A stretch of DNA of 64,000 nucleotides from the human T2T-CHM13v2.0 reference genome, Homo sapiens, in assembly GCF_009914755.1 (NCBI RefSeq), contig NC_060939.1. One strand, written 5' to 3'. Positions 1-15,768 of this stretch are shown here, piece by piece (position 1 is the first letter of the stretch; each line of letters starts with the position of its first letter). The position numbers and the translations under genes were made by a program. Below the pieces are notes generated by a model. It worked only from the letters and a program-made list of their open reading frames with translations. It ran no database searches and was not told the origin of the DNA.

Positions 1-2873
<2,873 letters not shown>

Positions 2874-2916
2874 CCTTTCATGCACTTCTAAGGCACACAG
2901 TCACACAGAATGCTAG

Positions 2917-3278
2917 TGTATTAGTCAATTTTCATGGTGCTGATAAAGACATGCCTGAGACTGGGCAATTTACAAAAGAAAGAGGTTTAATGGAATGGAT
3001 TTACAGTACCGTGTGGCTGGAAAGGCCTCGCAATCATGGCAGAAGGCAAAAGACACTTCTCACATGGTGGTAGACAAGAGTGAGAGCCAAGTGAAAGAGG
3101 TTTCCCCTTATAAAACCATCTGATCTTGTGAGACTTACTCACTACCACTAGAAAAGCATGAAGGAAACCAACCCCATGATACAATTATCTCCCACTGGGT
3201 CCCTCCCACAACATGAAGCAATTATGGGAGCTACAATTCAAGATGAGATTTGGGTGGGAACACAGCCAAACCATATCA
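2917..3278 (-). mobile_element. THE1 (THE1B-like) MaLR solo LTR
   Basis: Begins tgtattagtc, ends cacagccaaaccatatca (reverse complement of the THE1 start); 5-bp TSD GCTAG (2912-2916, 3279-3283). Confidence 0.93.
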
Positions 3279-3839
3279 GCTAGTCAGAGTGGGGTGATGA
3301 TATTTAAAGCAGTAGGTTGTCTTCTCATGTAGCATGGAGCTGTTATTTAAAAAACAAAAGAATACTCTCCAATTAGGGAGGAGAAAGTGATGGCTCAAGC
3401 AGTCAGTCCATAGGTCAGCGGAAGGGAGGGAGAGAAGAAAAGCTGGGCCCAATTGCTGTTACCACAAGGTCCTCCTATACAAACATGAGGGATCACTAGC
3501 TTTACATGGGTGTGAGCTCTATTCTTTTGAGAGTAGCATCTTGTGAGAACTATCTGGTTGAGTGATGTGTATGAAATATGTAATATTTCCACTGTCTGTA
3601 GGTTGGAAGCTCTTTCCTAGCTTCATAATTCTTGCATACTTTACTGGCTATCACCAGCTTCCCTTCCAACAGGGATACTCCTGTATCCCATCAGTTCCCA
3701 AGCATGGAGGAAACTCCCAGGATGCCTTACCACACTTGGCTGCTTCGCCCTTGCTTACCTTGAAGATTCCATAAAATTGCTGACTTTGTGGGCTACAATC
3801 AGAGGCTAGACCAGAGTGCCCAGAGGGGAAAGACAGGTA

Positions 3840-4100
3840 GAAAAGGGCCATTTTGTAAAGGGTCTTAACTGCTAGCCTGAGACCACTGGACTGAATTGAG
3901 TATACAGCGGAGAACCACTGAAGGCTTTTGATCAGATGAATGAAATGATCAAAGTTATATTTTAGAAAAATCAATCCCACAGTAGTATAAAAGCTGCTTT
4001 GGAAGAGGAGAGATCTATTAGAAAACTATCTTGAGAATCCAGCTGAGAATTAATGATCCATGATTGTGAGCATGGGTAGGAAAAGAGGGGCAGGTAGAAG
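3840..4100 (-). mobile_element. L2 LINE fragment
   Basis: 'gagaaccactgaaggcttttgatcag...atgatcaaagttatatttagaaaaatca' resembles antisense L2. Confidence 0.6.
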
Positions 4101-5887
4101 AAACATGGTCCCAAACCCTAGCCCAATCCCCTTCCCATGGTGGTTGCTCATTAATTTTTGAGGTGTCAGATAGATCCAGGACAATATCTCAATTTATAAC
4201 TCTGTTTCCAATAGTAAAAGAGTGCTTATTAGATGATCTCATCTCTATTCTCCATCCTACTAGGAAGCCATATGCAGCTGGTGCATTCTTGGCAATTTTA
4301 CAGGACAGAGTCTCTGCATTGCATACATCTGTATCCAATACAGACTGCAGATGCTTTTTTATTTTCATTTCCTTGTATAGGGTTCTTGACACTTTCTCCC
4401 CAGCTCTTCCTACCCAAGATCCTCCCATTCAATTTTTAGAGTTTGTCTGAAGGAAGTGTCAAGACTAGAGGGAGAAATCCTAGAAGAGATAATGTGGGAA
4501 CACCAAATTATAAAACTAAAAGATCGTTGATGGTGGCTAAGTTTTCTGTTACAGGATGCACTCCATTGCACTTTAGGAAAAAGTGTCATGCTGAGCTACT
4601 CTTGTAGAAACTCAGTGCTTACCTGCTGTCAGTCCTCTCAGCCAAATTCTAATGGTTTCATAAAGAATAAAACAGATGGAACTGAAAGCACCCAGGCGTT
4701 CTAATATTGAGACTCCCTCTGAAATCTTGCTGCCAAAGGGAAATGCTAAAGAAGTGGGTCACAAGTCAAAGTAAGGTGAATCTTTGGCCTGGCAAGCTAC
4801 TCAGTGCAAGAAGAGTGAAGGGAAACTGTATAATGATAACAGGCCTATGTGGATCAGATGCCAAGCATCTGGAAGACTCAGAGGGTCTACAGTGTATGAA
4901 GTGATATTATCTCATTGGGAAGTGTCAGTAATGAAAATGTAAACGTTGCTACTGCAGCAACCCTGGAGATTACAGAACCAGCAGTTGTGAGCTCTTATAT
5001 GAGCCAGGCCTCCACACCTCAGACTGTTAGGGGGCAAAGAGATCAGTTAAATTGGAGGAGGGTAAGGAGAAAAAATGTGATATGTGTTAAGTGAAAAAAT
5101 TTTAGAGCACTTTGTAGTATCATGGCATTGGGAAGGCATACAGATGTTCAATGAACATTGCTGATTGTTGGAATGACAAGATAAACTGTCAAGCTTTGCC
5201 TTAGTACTACTCCACATAAAGGCCTTGCTGTTACTGTGGGTTGACAAGAATTAGAATGAATTCTTGCTTGCAATACTTCTGTACATTTAGAGGTATTTTA
5301 AAAGTCTAGGTAAGTAACTAGTTGTTTTCTTCTTTAATTTCCTTGACTTTGTAAATTATTTCAGTTACTCAATCCTATTTCAACATGGCTTGAGATCTTT
5401 CTGTCCAGTCACCATCTCGAATTTCCTGGGTTCTGTGGTGACAGGATATAGATAAGGAAACATCTTTAAGATAAACTATTAGCATTTAGACTTAACACTT
5501 TAGTCACAAGGCTTTCCTGATGAGGTTTCCACTGGACCTCATTTTGGATTATAATAACTAACTTAATCCACATAAATGACATCTGTGGCAAAGATTGCTG
5601 GTGTGTTATTTTGCCTATGAAAAAAGTAAGAATTTATGAATTTTAGAACTTTCTTGAGCTCATTTGGCCACTGAGTGATTTAGCCCTGATCATATGACTT
5701 CAAATCCTTGCTTTTTCAATTTTGCTATCACATTATGAGAATTCACTATTTACCTTTTTTCTTTCATTCTTGATTTTATTGCTTTGGAACATTTTGAGTT
5801 TATTTTGTCACCAACAGCAGGGGTTTTTGTATTTTTTCTGTTGATGTCATTGTATGCCTCTTCTGAATAAGAGTAATGCTTTATACT

Positions 5888-6417
5888 TCTTTTTTTTTAA
5901 CTTCTATTTTAAGTTCAGCATACATTTGCAGGTTTGTTATATAGGTAAACTTGTGTCATGGGGGTTTGTTGTACAGATTATTTTGCTATCCAGGTATTAA
6001 GCCTAGCAGCCATTAGTTATTTTTCTTGATCCTCTCCACTCGCCCTCTGCCCTCCAGTAGGTCCCAGTGTCTGTTGTTCCCCTCTATGTGTCCATGTGTT
6101 CTCATAATTTAGCTCCAACTTGTAAGTGAGAACATGTGGTATTTAGTTTTCTGTTCCTGCATTAGTTTGACAAGGATAATAGCCTGCAGCTCCATCCATG
6201 TTCCTGCAAAGAACATGATCTCATTCTTTTTTATGGCTGCCTAGTATTCCGTGGTGTATATGTTCCATATTTTCTGCAAGAACATGATCTCATTCTTTTT
6301 TATGGCTGCGTAGCATTCCACGGTGTATATGTTCCACATTTTCTATAAGAACATGATCTCATTCTTTTTATGGCTGCATGGTATTTAATGGTGTATATGT
6401 TCCACCTTTCCTGTAAG
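5888..6417 (-). mobile_element. 5'-truncated L1PA (older, ~L1PA13-like) 3' end
   Basis: T tract, then 'ttaagttcag...tgcaggtttgttatataggtaaacttgtgtcatgggg...gtgagaacatgtggtatttagttttctgttcctgcattagtttg'. Confidence 0.9.
6204..6417. repeat. Tandem triplication of a ~69-bp L1 segment
   Basis: 'aagaacatgatctcattcttttt(t)atggctgc..gtgtatatgttcca' starts at 6209, 6278 and 6347. Confidence 0.95.
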
Positions 6418-9400
6418 TCTGACTTATAAAAAACGGTATGTTGTCTCTAAGAGTTTAGCCAAACTTTTTAGGAGGCTGTGCTAGCTCTTCTATTTCCTCC
6501 ATTCCTTCACTACTTCTTTCTTTTTAGTCAATCAGTACTCATTTATTCGATGACTGTCACATTCTTTGTTTATTTTTTAATCACAAATCAATTGACTTCT
6601 GGTGCATGAGACTGTTATCTTGAAACTGGCCTAAGGATACAAAGGATTGTTTTCATAGGCATTGTAAGTTATACACACATCTAATTCAGATATATATGTA
6701 GCCTTGCCAACCAGTTCATACTTGTGGCCATGGTCCTTCAATACAGTGCAGGAGAGAAAGGGAACAAACATAAGGGGAGGAAAACCACATGAACTTGTTA
6801 TTGATGGATTTTTCTAAAAAAAAAAAAGAGCCTGCTAGAATCATATTTTATCTATGTCAGCATTTTCTCTTGAGTCCAGAAGCCAATCTTTTGGGTAGCT
6901 TGATGGCTTTTGGCTCCTTTGTGACTGTGAACTCCATGGTTTTCTGACTCTTGATGTGCAGAGCAGTGAAATCAAGAGTACGGACTCTCTTACTTACTTT
7001 GACTAGCTGTGGGGCCATCCTTTCCCTCAGTGTCTCCTTTGTAAAATAGGAATAGTACTAACACAGCTCACAGGACTGTTTCATAGCCTACTAAAAAAAG
7101 AGTGCCAAATATTAGCAAGACTGGATGGCACACATCAATGAAATTATGAGAGGCAGAGGAATAGCACTTTATATGCTTACCATACCTGTGTACTTCAGGC
7201 CACAGCTTCTGATGTGTATTTCCTACTGGATTTTACTCTGCCATTATATTTACACATGGTATGAATTTATATGCTTACGTTTTTCATGTGTAGTTTGGGT
7301 AAAACTAGAAAAAAGATTTATTGAATATATTATTATCATTTTTTTTTGGCTGACACTTTTCATCACTACTCTCCACATTTAGGGGTTTACAATTAGCTTA
7401 TAAAAAATTTGATCCAGGCTGAAACTCAGCAGATGAGGTCTCAGTCAGTTTTGAAGTATGAGTTTAGTATACATTTTCAAAAGCAAGAGAGAGCTGTATT
7501 TAATATAAATGATATCTAAATTACATTAAAATCTAGTTCAACATAACGTGCTTTAACATTAACAAGTTATGGCAAGATCTCTTCAAATATATTCAAATGG
7601 GTAGGTGGCAGATAGCATTTCTTCTATTAGGAGGGTCTGGTGGACTTTACAACCATGTGGAGTTATATTCAGTTATTCAGGTATATCTCCATTCTTCAGC
7701 TTTATCTATGCCTAAATGGCTTCATTATAAATAAACACATATATTTACCTGAGGTGCAGAACAGGAACCACTTCATTTTATTGTGTTTTAAGAGAGAATA
7801 CATCATTAGAAATCATGTCTCCTTTCTTGAAGGGGTTGAAGGACACTAGGAATCCTAGAACACTCTATATACTATTTTTGCTATGTGAAAAATGAGTCAG
7901 GTTAATATTGGTAGAGCCTATTTTTTATTTTCTTTGGTTTAGGGTGAAAATCACACCTTTCTCCAGGTTAATGAGACACTTTTCTGAGAATCTCCTGATG
8001 CTTGAAGGCATTGCTATCAAGGGAGTCACTCTTTGCCATTTTACAGGAGAGAGAAGAAATAAGATCTAAAGATTTAAGAAGTCACTTGACCAAAAGGAAT
8101 TGTTTAAATGCCAGTGTTCATAATCAGGTATGAGAACATATGTCCCTCTGTGTATATGTTTACTTGTTTAATGTCATCTTTTCACAAGCCATCTTCATTC
8201 ATTCTAAAAATGACTGAGACAGCAGTAGGAATAAAAACCTTTCCTCTCTCTCCAGGGAAAGGTGGTCGCAGATTGGGGATTTGGCTCACTACTGCAGAGA
8301 GGGCAAATACGTTACATGTTGCTGAATGCTGGGGTCCTTGCTGACAGTCTCTTACAGATGGGATATTAAGTTCCATGGGGAGAAAATAAGTAGGAGGAAG
8401 GCTTTTCTGGATGAAAGACAAAGGGTAGAGAAGGTGGAAATAAAGAGAGGAAACTTGAGAAGGAACAGGGAGAGTGGGGGCAGGAGGTTTGGACATGAGT
8501 CCTCCATTCCTGAACATTATTCACCAGGCAGCCTATGGTCAAAAGGCACTGTGGCTAGTAACCTGGGAGAAGAACTGATATGAGGCTAAACACTCAAGTA
8601 CTCAGGAGCTGTGTAGACCAGAGAACCAGAATCTGCCCCAAAATGGAGGCCAGAGAGGATTTGTCCTACTAGCATTACTGCACAGTCATTACAAAGAGGG
8701 AATGAGTACCATTTAGGGGCTGAATCTATGCTTGCCATATCTTTGGTCCCTTGAGGAATACACTTGTTTGTGTCCCAGGAGACTTAGAATCCCTAATGGG
8801 CCCAGTGGGCCCAGTAGTGTGGAAGAAGAGAAGCTCCTGTCCCTGTGCTTTACACCTGGACTCAGGTACTTTAAACCATCTGGAGTGAGCAGGAAGTGGA
8901 CATCCTTGGTCACATTTCTTAATTAAAAAATATAGAAATGTTGTAAATGAAATTTCTAGTTTATTTTGTTGATTTTTACATTAATGTGTGCTTTTCCTTT
9001 GTCCGTGTTTCATTTGGCTATGTATTAAAGTTACTATTGAAATTCAGTTATGTTCACAACAATTACATTAATGTTGGCGGTCTCTCCTTTTTTTACAACA
9101 TTATATTATAATTGGAAACATTAATCATTCAATTCTCATAATCATCTATGTCAAGTATAACATTGACTATGGTATTCTATTTTACCTGAGAAATTATCAA
9201 CAAATGGTTATTTTATTTTTTATGCAAGAATGTTAAGAACGATTTACATCCAAAGTAATGTCTTTGTTGTCATTTAGTTGCATTCTTAATCTTTGCTAGG
9301 TATTCTAAATCTTTGCTTACTAGACATTAACAAATTTAGAATTAGAGCTGATAGATTCTTGTTTCGTAAACAATATTAGCAGAAGAATGAAGATGAATAT

Positions 9401-10214
9401 AATGGCTACCTTTGTCATAAAGATAAAATACCACTGAAAAGTGATTTTAATTTTCAAATAATTTGATATCTAGTAGAGGATCAATCTTCAAGTCAACTGT
9501 GGCATCATTTCATTTCATCTTAGAGCCAAGAGACTCCCAAGGTGCTTTCCATTCTCCTGCTTTGTTCTTCTAACCACAGTTTTTCCACAATCACTGTCAT
9601 TCTCCCACTCCCACACAGGCTTCCTCCTCCAGCTCCAGTACCATGGTTCATACCCTCAGGTCCTCCTCAGCAACAGTGACTAACACACAGCTGCTAGTGA
9701 CATCAGCTGAGCTCTACTCCTCCTCTCTGTCCCACATACCCCTGGTGCACAGGAACTGTGAAGTAGAAATGGAAGAGTAAAAAGCTGCAGCATAATCTTC
9801 TTTTAATTAAATGCAGTGAAAGCCTTATCAATCCATGAGTTCTTTCTTACATTTAGGGCTGGAAATTCCTAACAAAATTGTTTTTGGCTTCTTTAGAAAA
9901 CCAGAATAAGAAAAGGAAGAATTAAATGTTCATCCTCATTCATGGGCTGTTATTTGCATCTCATAGTGGTGCCTTCTAATCTAGGCAGGATATCTGCTAA
10001 AGTGGTATTTGTTTCTGTTCACAGGTCAACCTTTATTTAAATTGCCCCTCAGTGGAGAAATACTAGACCTGAAACAGACCTAAATGTGTTACCAGAAACT
10101 TAGGGTCTGGCTCAGGGTAATTAAATGCATCCAATTTGAATTTGTTGTCCTACCTCCAGGTCTACTAACTCCTCCCTCCCCACCATCTCGGGCAAAAAAA
10201 AAATAAATAAAAAA

Positions 10215-11190
10215 AAAATCTAGAAATAATTCTTAATTTCTCACTTTTCTTCCTTTTCACATTTAATTCATCAGCAAATTGAAATTATATTACAAGTCCA
10301 TCAGTTTCTCCTCTATTGCCAATACTGCCACCCTACTCCAAGCCAAAACCGTTTCTTACTTGGATTTCTGAATTGGTCTTCTAATCTGTCTTGCTTCTGC
10401 TCTTGCTATTCTTCAATCCACTCTTCAAACAGCAATAACCAGCATGATCTTCTGATCCTGCTCAGAATTTTCCAGAAGTTTTCTATTAAATTTTGAATAA
10501 AGCTCCCAGCTTTTTACAGTGGTCAAAAAATCCATAGACGATTTGACCTCTGTGTACTACTCCAATCCTTTCAGCTTAATTGAATGTCTGCTATGTGCTA
10601 GGCACTGTTCTAAGTGATGGAGACACAGTGACTAAGACAGTGTGGATTCCTCCTCAAAAAGCTTATGTCCAGGAGATGCAGATATGCCATACACAGAGAG
10701 TTAAAAGGAGTGTATATGATGTGCTATAGTGAGTAGATTTCACTTGGGGATTAAGCCATGAGGGAAGGACTCATTTAGAAGGTGGCATTTAAGTGAAAAT
10801 CCAAAAGACAAGATGGAACCCATCCTGCAGATACCAGAAAGAAGTACAGATAAACTATTAGAGGGCTTTATATAGGGTAGTTTTGTGAACTGTTTCACAT
10901 TGTCAAAAGATGACTCTGGCTGCTGTGAGGAGAATTGAAGAAGCCCATTTGGAAGCGGGCAGTCCAGTTAGGGAGCTAGAGCTGTAGTCCGGGCAAAACA
11001 TTGTAATAAGTTGGACTAGGATGGTGAATAGAAACGAGTGGACAGATTCAGGATAACATGTCCGAACTAAAACCTGTTATTGACTGAATGTTGGTGTGAA
11101 GGCCAAGAGAAATTGATGAAGGTAATAGACTGTGAAGGAAAAATGGGGAGTGGGTGTGAAAACAAAGAGCCTGCATTTTGCACCCGTTAA
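10215..11190. mobile_element. L2 fragments (+ at ~10215-10570, - at ~10575-11190)
   Basis: 'ctgccaccctactccaagcc...caatccactcttcaaacagca' (+); 'tgaatgtctgctatgtgctaggcactgttctaagtgatggagacacagtg' (-). Confidence 0.75.
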
Positions 11191-11224
11191 CTTACCATGT
11201 ACGTTTCTGGTAAATGCTACACTT

Positions 11225-12095
11225 TGGTTTCTCCAGCCTCAAGGCATTTGCACATGGCGTTTCCTTTAGACTAGAATACTCGTCCTATTGATACAACTCC
11301 GATGACTGGAGGAACACCAGGGTCCTTGGTCTCGCGCTGATGGGATTAATGACACGGACACACATGAAGTGGTTTTAAGGAGTGAAAAGTTTAATGGGCA
11401 AGAAAGAAGGAAGAAAGAAAAAAGAAAACAGCTCCTCTGTACAGAGGCAGGGGGGAGGAGGGCTTGGAACAGAGAGGAATGCCATGTGTGCACAGGGCCC
11501 AGGGGATTGGTTTGACCAGGTGTGTCATTCACGTAGCCCGTGAAAAACCTGGCCCTCCTACCTTACCCCCTTAATATGCAAATGCAGGTTGCCATGATGT
11601 TCTGAGCACATGGTGTTATCTGGAAGTGGCCATGACACTTGGCACACCTGGTGACAAGGAGAAGGCGGGAATGGCCATATTGGGTAGACTCTGTTTCTAA
11701 TTGCCAGCATTTGCATATCAAAGCTTGCCAGCCTGGCTCTTTAAGCCGCCTTTCTGTTGGTTTCCGCCAAGAACTTTTACCCTATCTAGCTGCCTAAAAA
11801 TATTTCTTAATAACTCTGGTATTACTGTGTCCTAGGATGGCAATTCCTTAAGGTCCTAGTTTAAGTGTCACCTATTCAGAAACATCTTCAGACCACTTGC
11901 CCAAATTACATTATTCTCTATTCAGTTTGATTTTTTAATTATTTTATTTGTAGACTTTAAAAATTGTTTGGTTTTCCCCACTACTGTAAAAGCTCATTGA
12001 GGGCAAAGATACCTTCATTTTGCCAAGCACTGAATTCACACCATCTAGCAGAGAGTGGTACTTAAGTATCAATAAACACTTTTTGAATGATTGCA
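11225..12095 (+). mobile_element. L2 3' end, split by the LTR
   Basis: 'cctcaaggcatttgcacatggcgtttcc' before the LTR; 'gtaaaagctcattgagggcaaaga...agtatcaataaacactttttgaatga' after it. Confidence 0.7.
11289..11824 (-). mobile_element. ERV1 (MER4-group; LTR9/MER61/LTR25-like) solo LTR inserted in an L2
   Basis: Starts TGATAC and ends GGTATTA (degenerate ...TATCA); 4-bp near-TSD ctat/ctgt; minus strand reads 'gagttattaagaaatatttttaggcagctagatagggtaaaag...cctggtcaaaccaatcccctgggccct'. Subfamily uncertain. Confidence 0.8.
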
Positions 12096-12319
12096 TTTGT
12101 AGATCACTGTGCCAGTTTATTAGTTCCATACGCGTACCCATACATTGTTTAATTTCAATTGAATAGGCTTGTAACAAATCAAATTTTATTTGTCCCCCTT
12201 GGTTTATATACTGATAGAAAGTTTTAATGAATAGATTATTGGTTTCTTCAGTAAATAGCCCTTCAGCCCACCTCTGATTGCTCAGGGCCTGGCTCAGAGT
12301 GACCATTGAGAAGGCACTT

Positions 12320-12485
12320 TGCTTTCCAAGCCTCAGTTTCATAGTCTGTAAGACTGATATAAATATGATCTCTGCTTTAAAGAGTTATTGTGAAATTAAA
12401 TGCGTTAATCCATATAAAATACATAGCACAGTTCCTAGTATATTGTAAGCATTTAATCAACGTGACCATCATGATTGTTATTATT
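12320..12485 (+). mobile_element. MIR SINE
   Basis: MIR core 'agcctcagtttcatagtctgtaa...gttattgtgaaattaaatg...tagcacagttcctagtatattgtaagca'. Confidence 0.75.
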
Positions 12486-14779
12486 ATTGATATTAATTGC
12501 TGAAAGAACAGAATGTTTTTGACACCAAAGGACCTTACAGATGAGTGAACATACTGCTATTCATTCTTATTGTCCACAAATAAAAATTGCTAAGTTATTG
12601 TTCAAATTTTTATTCCAAACAATATTTTACAATTGTATGTTCTTCTGAGGTAATTCTCAGAACTTGCATTTCAGTGATTTAACATCATGATTCTTTCTAT
12701 GATTTGAATGATTTAATTAAAGGCCATTCTTCTTAAGCTTAGCGCTTAAAAAAGTCTTAGTAGAATTAGGCTTTTAGAAATTCTAAAAATATGAAAGAGA
12801 AAAACATTTGACTCCCCAGATATGTGCAAGCAACAGCAAACCATCAGATCAACTGAATAGATTAAAAGTACCATTTAACATTAGCTAAATATCCTTTTAT
12901 TTTCGATATAAAAAACAGTAGAATTCCAGTGGTAACTAATGTAAATAATTTATTTTTCCTCATTTAATGGCTATAGTTCTAATGATATCGTCTCATCATG
13001 AGGTAAAATGTAAAAATGCTTAAGGACTCAGTACTCTAAAATAGATTTTTAATATTTAAAAGGTTTGTGCGATTTTAAATAAGGCAGTGCCACCCAATAT
13101 CATAGCATGCTTCATGAGAAAAAGATGCTAAATTTCCTTGACCTAGTTTCATCTTCATGTTTAGGAAACAGTGTCTAAGAAGTAAACAAAGTAGTTGTGC
13201 CTCATGTAGGAGATGATTATTGTTTGAATTTATGATTCATGCCTTGAGCAAAATTTTGTTTGTGGCCTCATTTGCAACCATAATTTACAACTTTACCAGG
13301 GATATGCTGTGTATTTGGAAGGTAATATATCAGACTTGCTTTGTACTGGAACAGTTTTCTAGCTCTGGGTATAGTATTTTCTGTGTTTCTGTTAGCTATA
13401 AAATTTCTAGGCATAACATTTATTGTAGCAAATATGGAAATTAAAAAAAATTGCATTCCCCTTAGGAATGTCTTATTGTATTTATATTCTGATTATGGTT
13501 AAATCCAACTATTGTTTAAAGGAGTTGTTAATCCTGCAAATATCTGGTTGCAAAAGTAGGAAGATTTAACTTTTTCAAATTTTTAAAAAAGTAAAGATTG
13601 CATCATTTTTGCATTGTGTGTAACTCTCATCTAAGAAACTAATAAGTAACATGTGACTCCAATATAATGTTTGTGTGTGCCCTTAAAATTCAGAATTTTT
13701 TTTTCTGTTGCAAATAATAAGTAGACTATAATACTGTAAAATGAGTTTTGCCTGTTATCTTTCATCTATAAGTTAGTGAAGAATTTCCCACAGTATTTAT
13801 TGGAAGTTCCATTGTCCATTCTAATTTCAATTGTCTTAATACATATGGAAATACCGGGGATTTTATAATCAATCAATCAGTCTACTCCAAGTTGTAGAGA
13901 TCCTCAACTAAATGTAATGTATTTTCTAGCACTGACATTTATTTATTTGCATCTTTGTACTGCAATTTTTATTAGGATGCTCTTTTATTAAGGGTAATAC
14001 TTATTCCTCCAACTAAACATTTAAAAATTAACTCTAAGCTTCCACTAGTTTGAAAAATTTCTGATAGCTTGATTTGAAAATGTAATTTTAATACATATGA
14101 TTAACAAATATGATCCCATGCTATAATTTTAAAATACTGAAATTATTATTCTGTATCCGATTATATAAGTTTAAAAACAGAGTTAAAAATAGAAAATATT
14201 GCCGTTTTTCTTGTTTTCTGATATAATTAATAAGAAAAAAAGCTAAAAGCCCAAGGGAAGTTTAAAAGTGTAGAAAAAACTTGACAATGAACATTTGCCT
14301 AATATGCTTGGTGCTACATGTACTTACAGCGTAAAAAATAGATCAACCTAGAATCAGACTCTTCCAGAAATTCTTTCCATCATCCAGTTCTTAGCAGAGT
14401 TTCTTCTGACATAAAGGTAAGTAGACTGAATAGTCTAGTGAGAAAGAAAGCGATCACTTTTTCTGGCCGTTACAGTAGAGAAGAGAGAAGTAGGATAATG
14501 CCTTTAGTCACAATGCTGGGACTTCAAAACAGAATTAAAACTCTGTTTAGGAGAATGTAGGCTCAAGAATCATTTCGACACTATTACATATTTCTTTTCT
14601 TCCCCCAGTAATTATTCATTCAGCTATTATAACTAACCACAGTAATTTTCTTAGAACAAAGGAGAGCATGGCAACAATAGCTTTAAAAATGACGAAGTTT
14701 AAATGCCCAAGGTCAGAGTGTAACGTTTTGATTTCCATAAGTATTTCAAATGCTACAGGCTTTATGTAATAATTTTAAT

Positions 14780-15600
14780 GTGAAAAATATGCAGGCCACG
14801 CTTCACTGCTCTTTGCATATACTGCAAAGAGGGAAAAAAAACCTTAAAAATTGCTTAGCTTTAATTGAGCAAAGGGATTCACATGTGATCTGAACTTGTG
14901 GTTCATAATTCCTCTAGACAGCTTCGGTTGCCGTGTGATGATCCTAATTAAATTATGTAACGGCACTGAACTAGCTAAGCTAAAGGGCCTGTTCTTTCAC
15001 ATCACCTGGTGACTTAACTCTTTACAGGACTCTGGGTTTGGGGCTTTGGTCTTCTACCACAATCTTGTGTGTTTTTTCATTGTTAAGGGAAGGAAAACAC
15101 AGTATTGATGGAATCCGCTTTAGAAGTTTCGGCCTGTAGGTGGCAGCATTGTAAGGTTTTGGAAGTCGTGAGCTCCCAGGTCTCTGCTTGCCTTTCCCCC
15201 AAGCCTCATCCACCCGTGCCACATCAGGGGAGCTAACATCACTATACGCTCATGTCAGGTAAAACTAAAATGGAGAGAAATGTCGTAGTCAAAAAATTAG
15301 GCTTTGTTCACTCCCGTTTGTGTTTCATTATATTTCTGATGACACGGTACATTTCTAATTCTGACCTGAGATTCAGCTAAAGGATTTTTCTCAGTAGTCA
15401 GGCGTCAACCCATGGCAAACCATACTTTTTCAAGATAGGCGTTTTACCAAGTAAAGAAAGGAAATTATTCTGGGGGAATAATTATTTAACTTAGGCATGC
15501 CTATTTTAATCACTTGGGAACAAGTTAGACGGCTTCGTGGGGCCATATAGAAATCACCTAACGAGGTCACCTCACAGTAATCTCAGTGTCCCTATAAAGG
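14780..15600. promoter_or_regulatory. Candidate conserved non-coding element / enhancer
   Basis: No recognisable repeat; several CpGs; TTAATTG, CTAATTAAATTA, palindromic TCACATGTGA. Motif evidence only. Confidence 0.35.
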
Positions 15601-15604
15601 TTGG

Positions 15605-15768
15605 CTTCCCTCTCTTCCTCCCTCCTTTTCTCCCTCCCTCGCTCCCTCTTTTTCTTCCTTTCTGCTTTCCTTTCTCCCTCTCCTTCTCCCTCCCTCCCTT
15701 CCTCCCTTCCTTCCTTCTTTCCTTCCTTCCCTCCCTCCCTCCCTCCCTCTTTTCCTTTCCTTTTCTCC
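15605..15768. repeat. Polypyrimidine (CT-rich; CCTT/CCCT) low-complexity tract
   Basis: ~160 nt almost entirely C/T on the + strand. Confidence 0.95.

Noticed and set aside
6204-6417. CRISPR-like reading of the 69-bp repeats
   Set aside because: No unique spacers, L1-derived units, no cas genes, and the DNA is primate.
15028-15258. Acceptor/donor pair defining a 231-nt + strand exon (similar weak pair at 10025-10116)
   Set aside because: Stops in all three frames and only an average donor; such pairs are common by chance.
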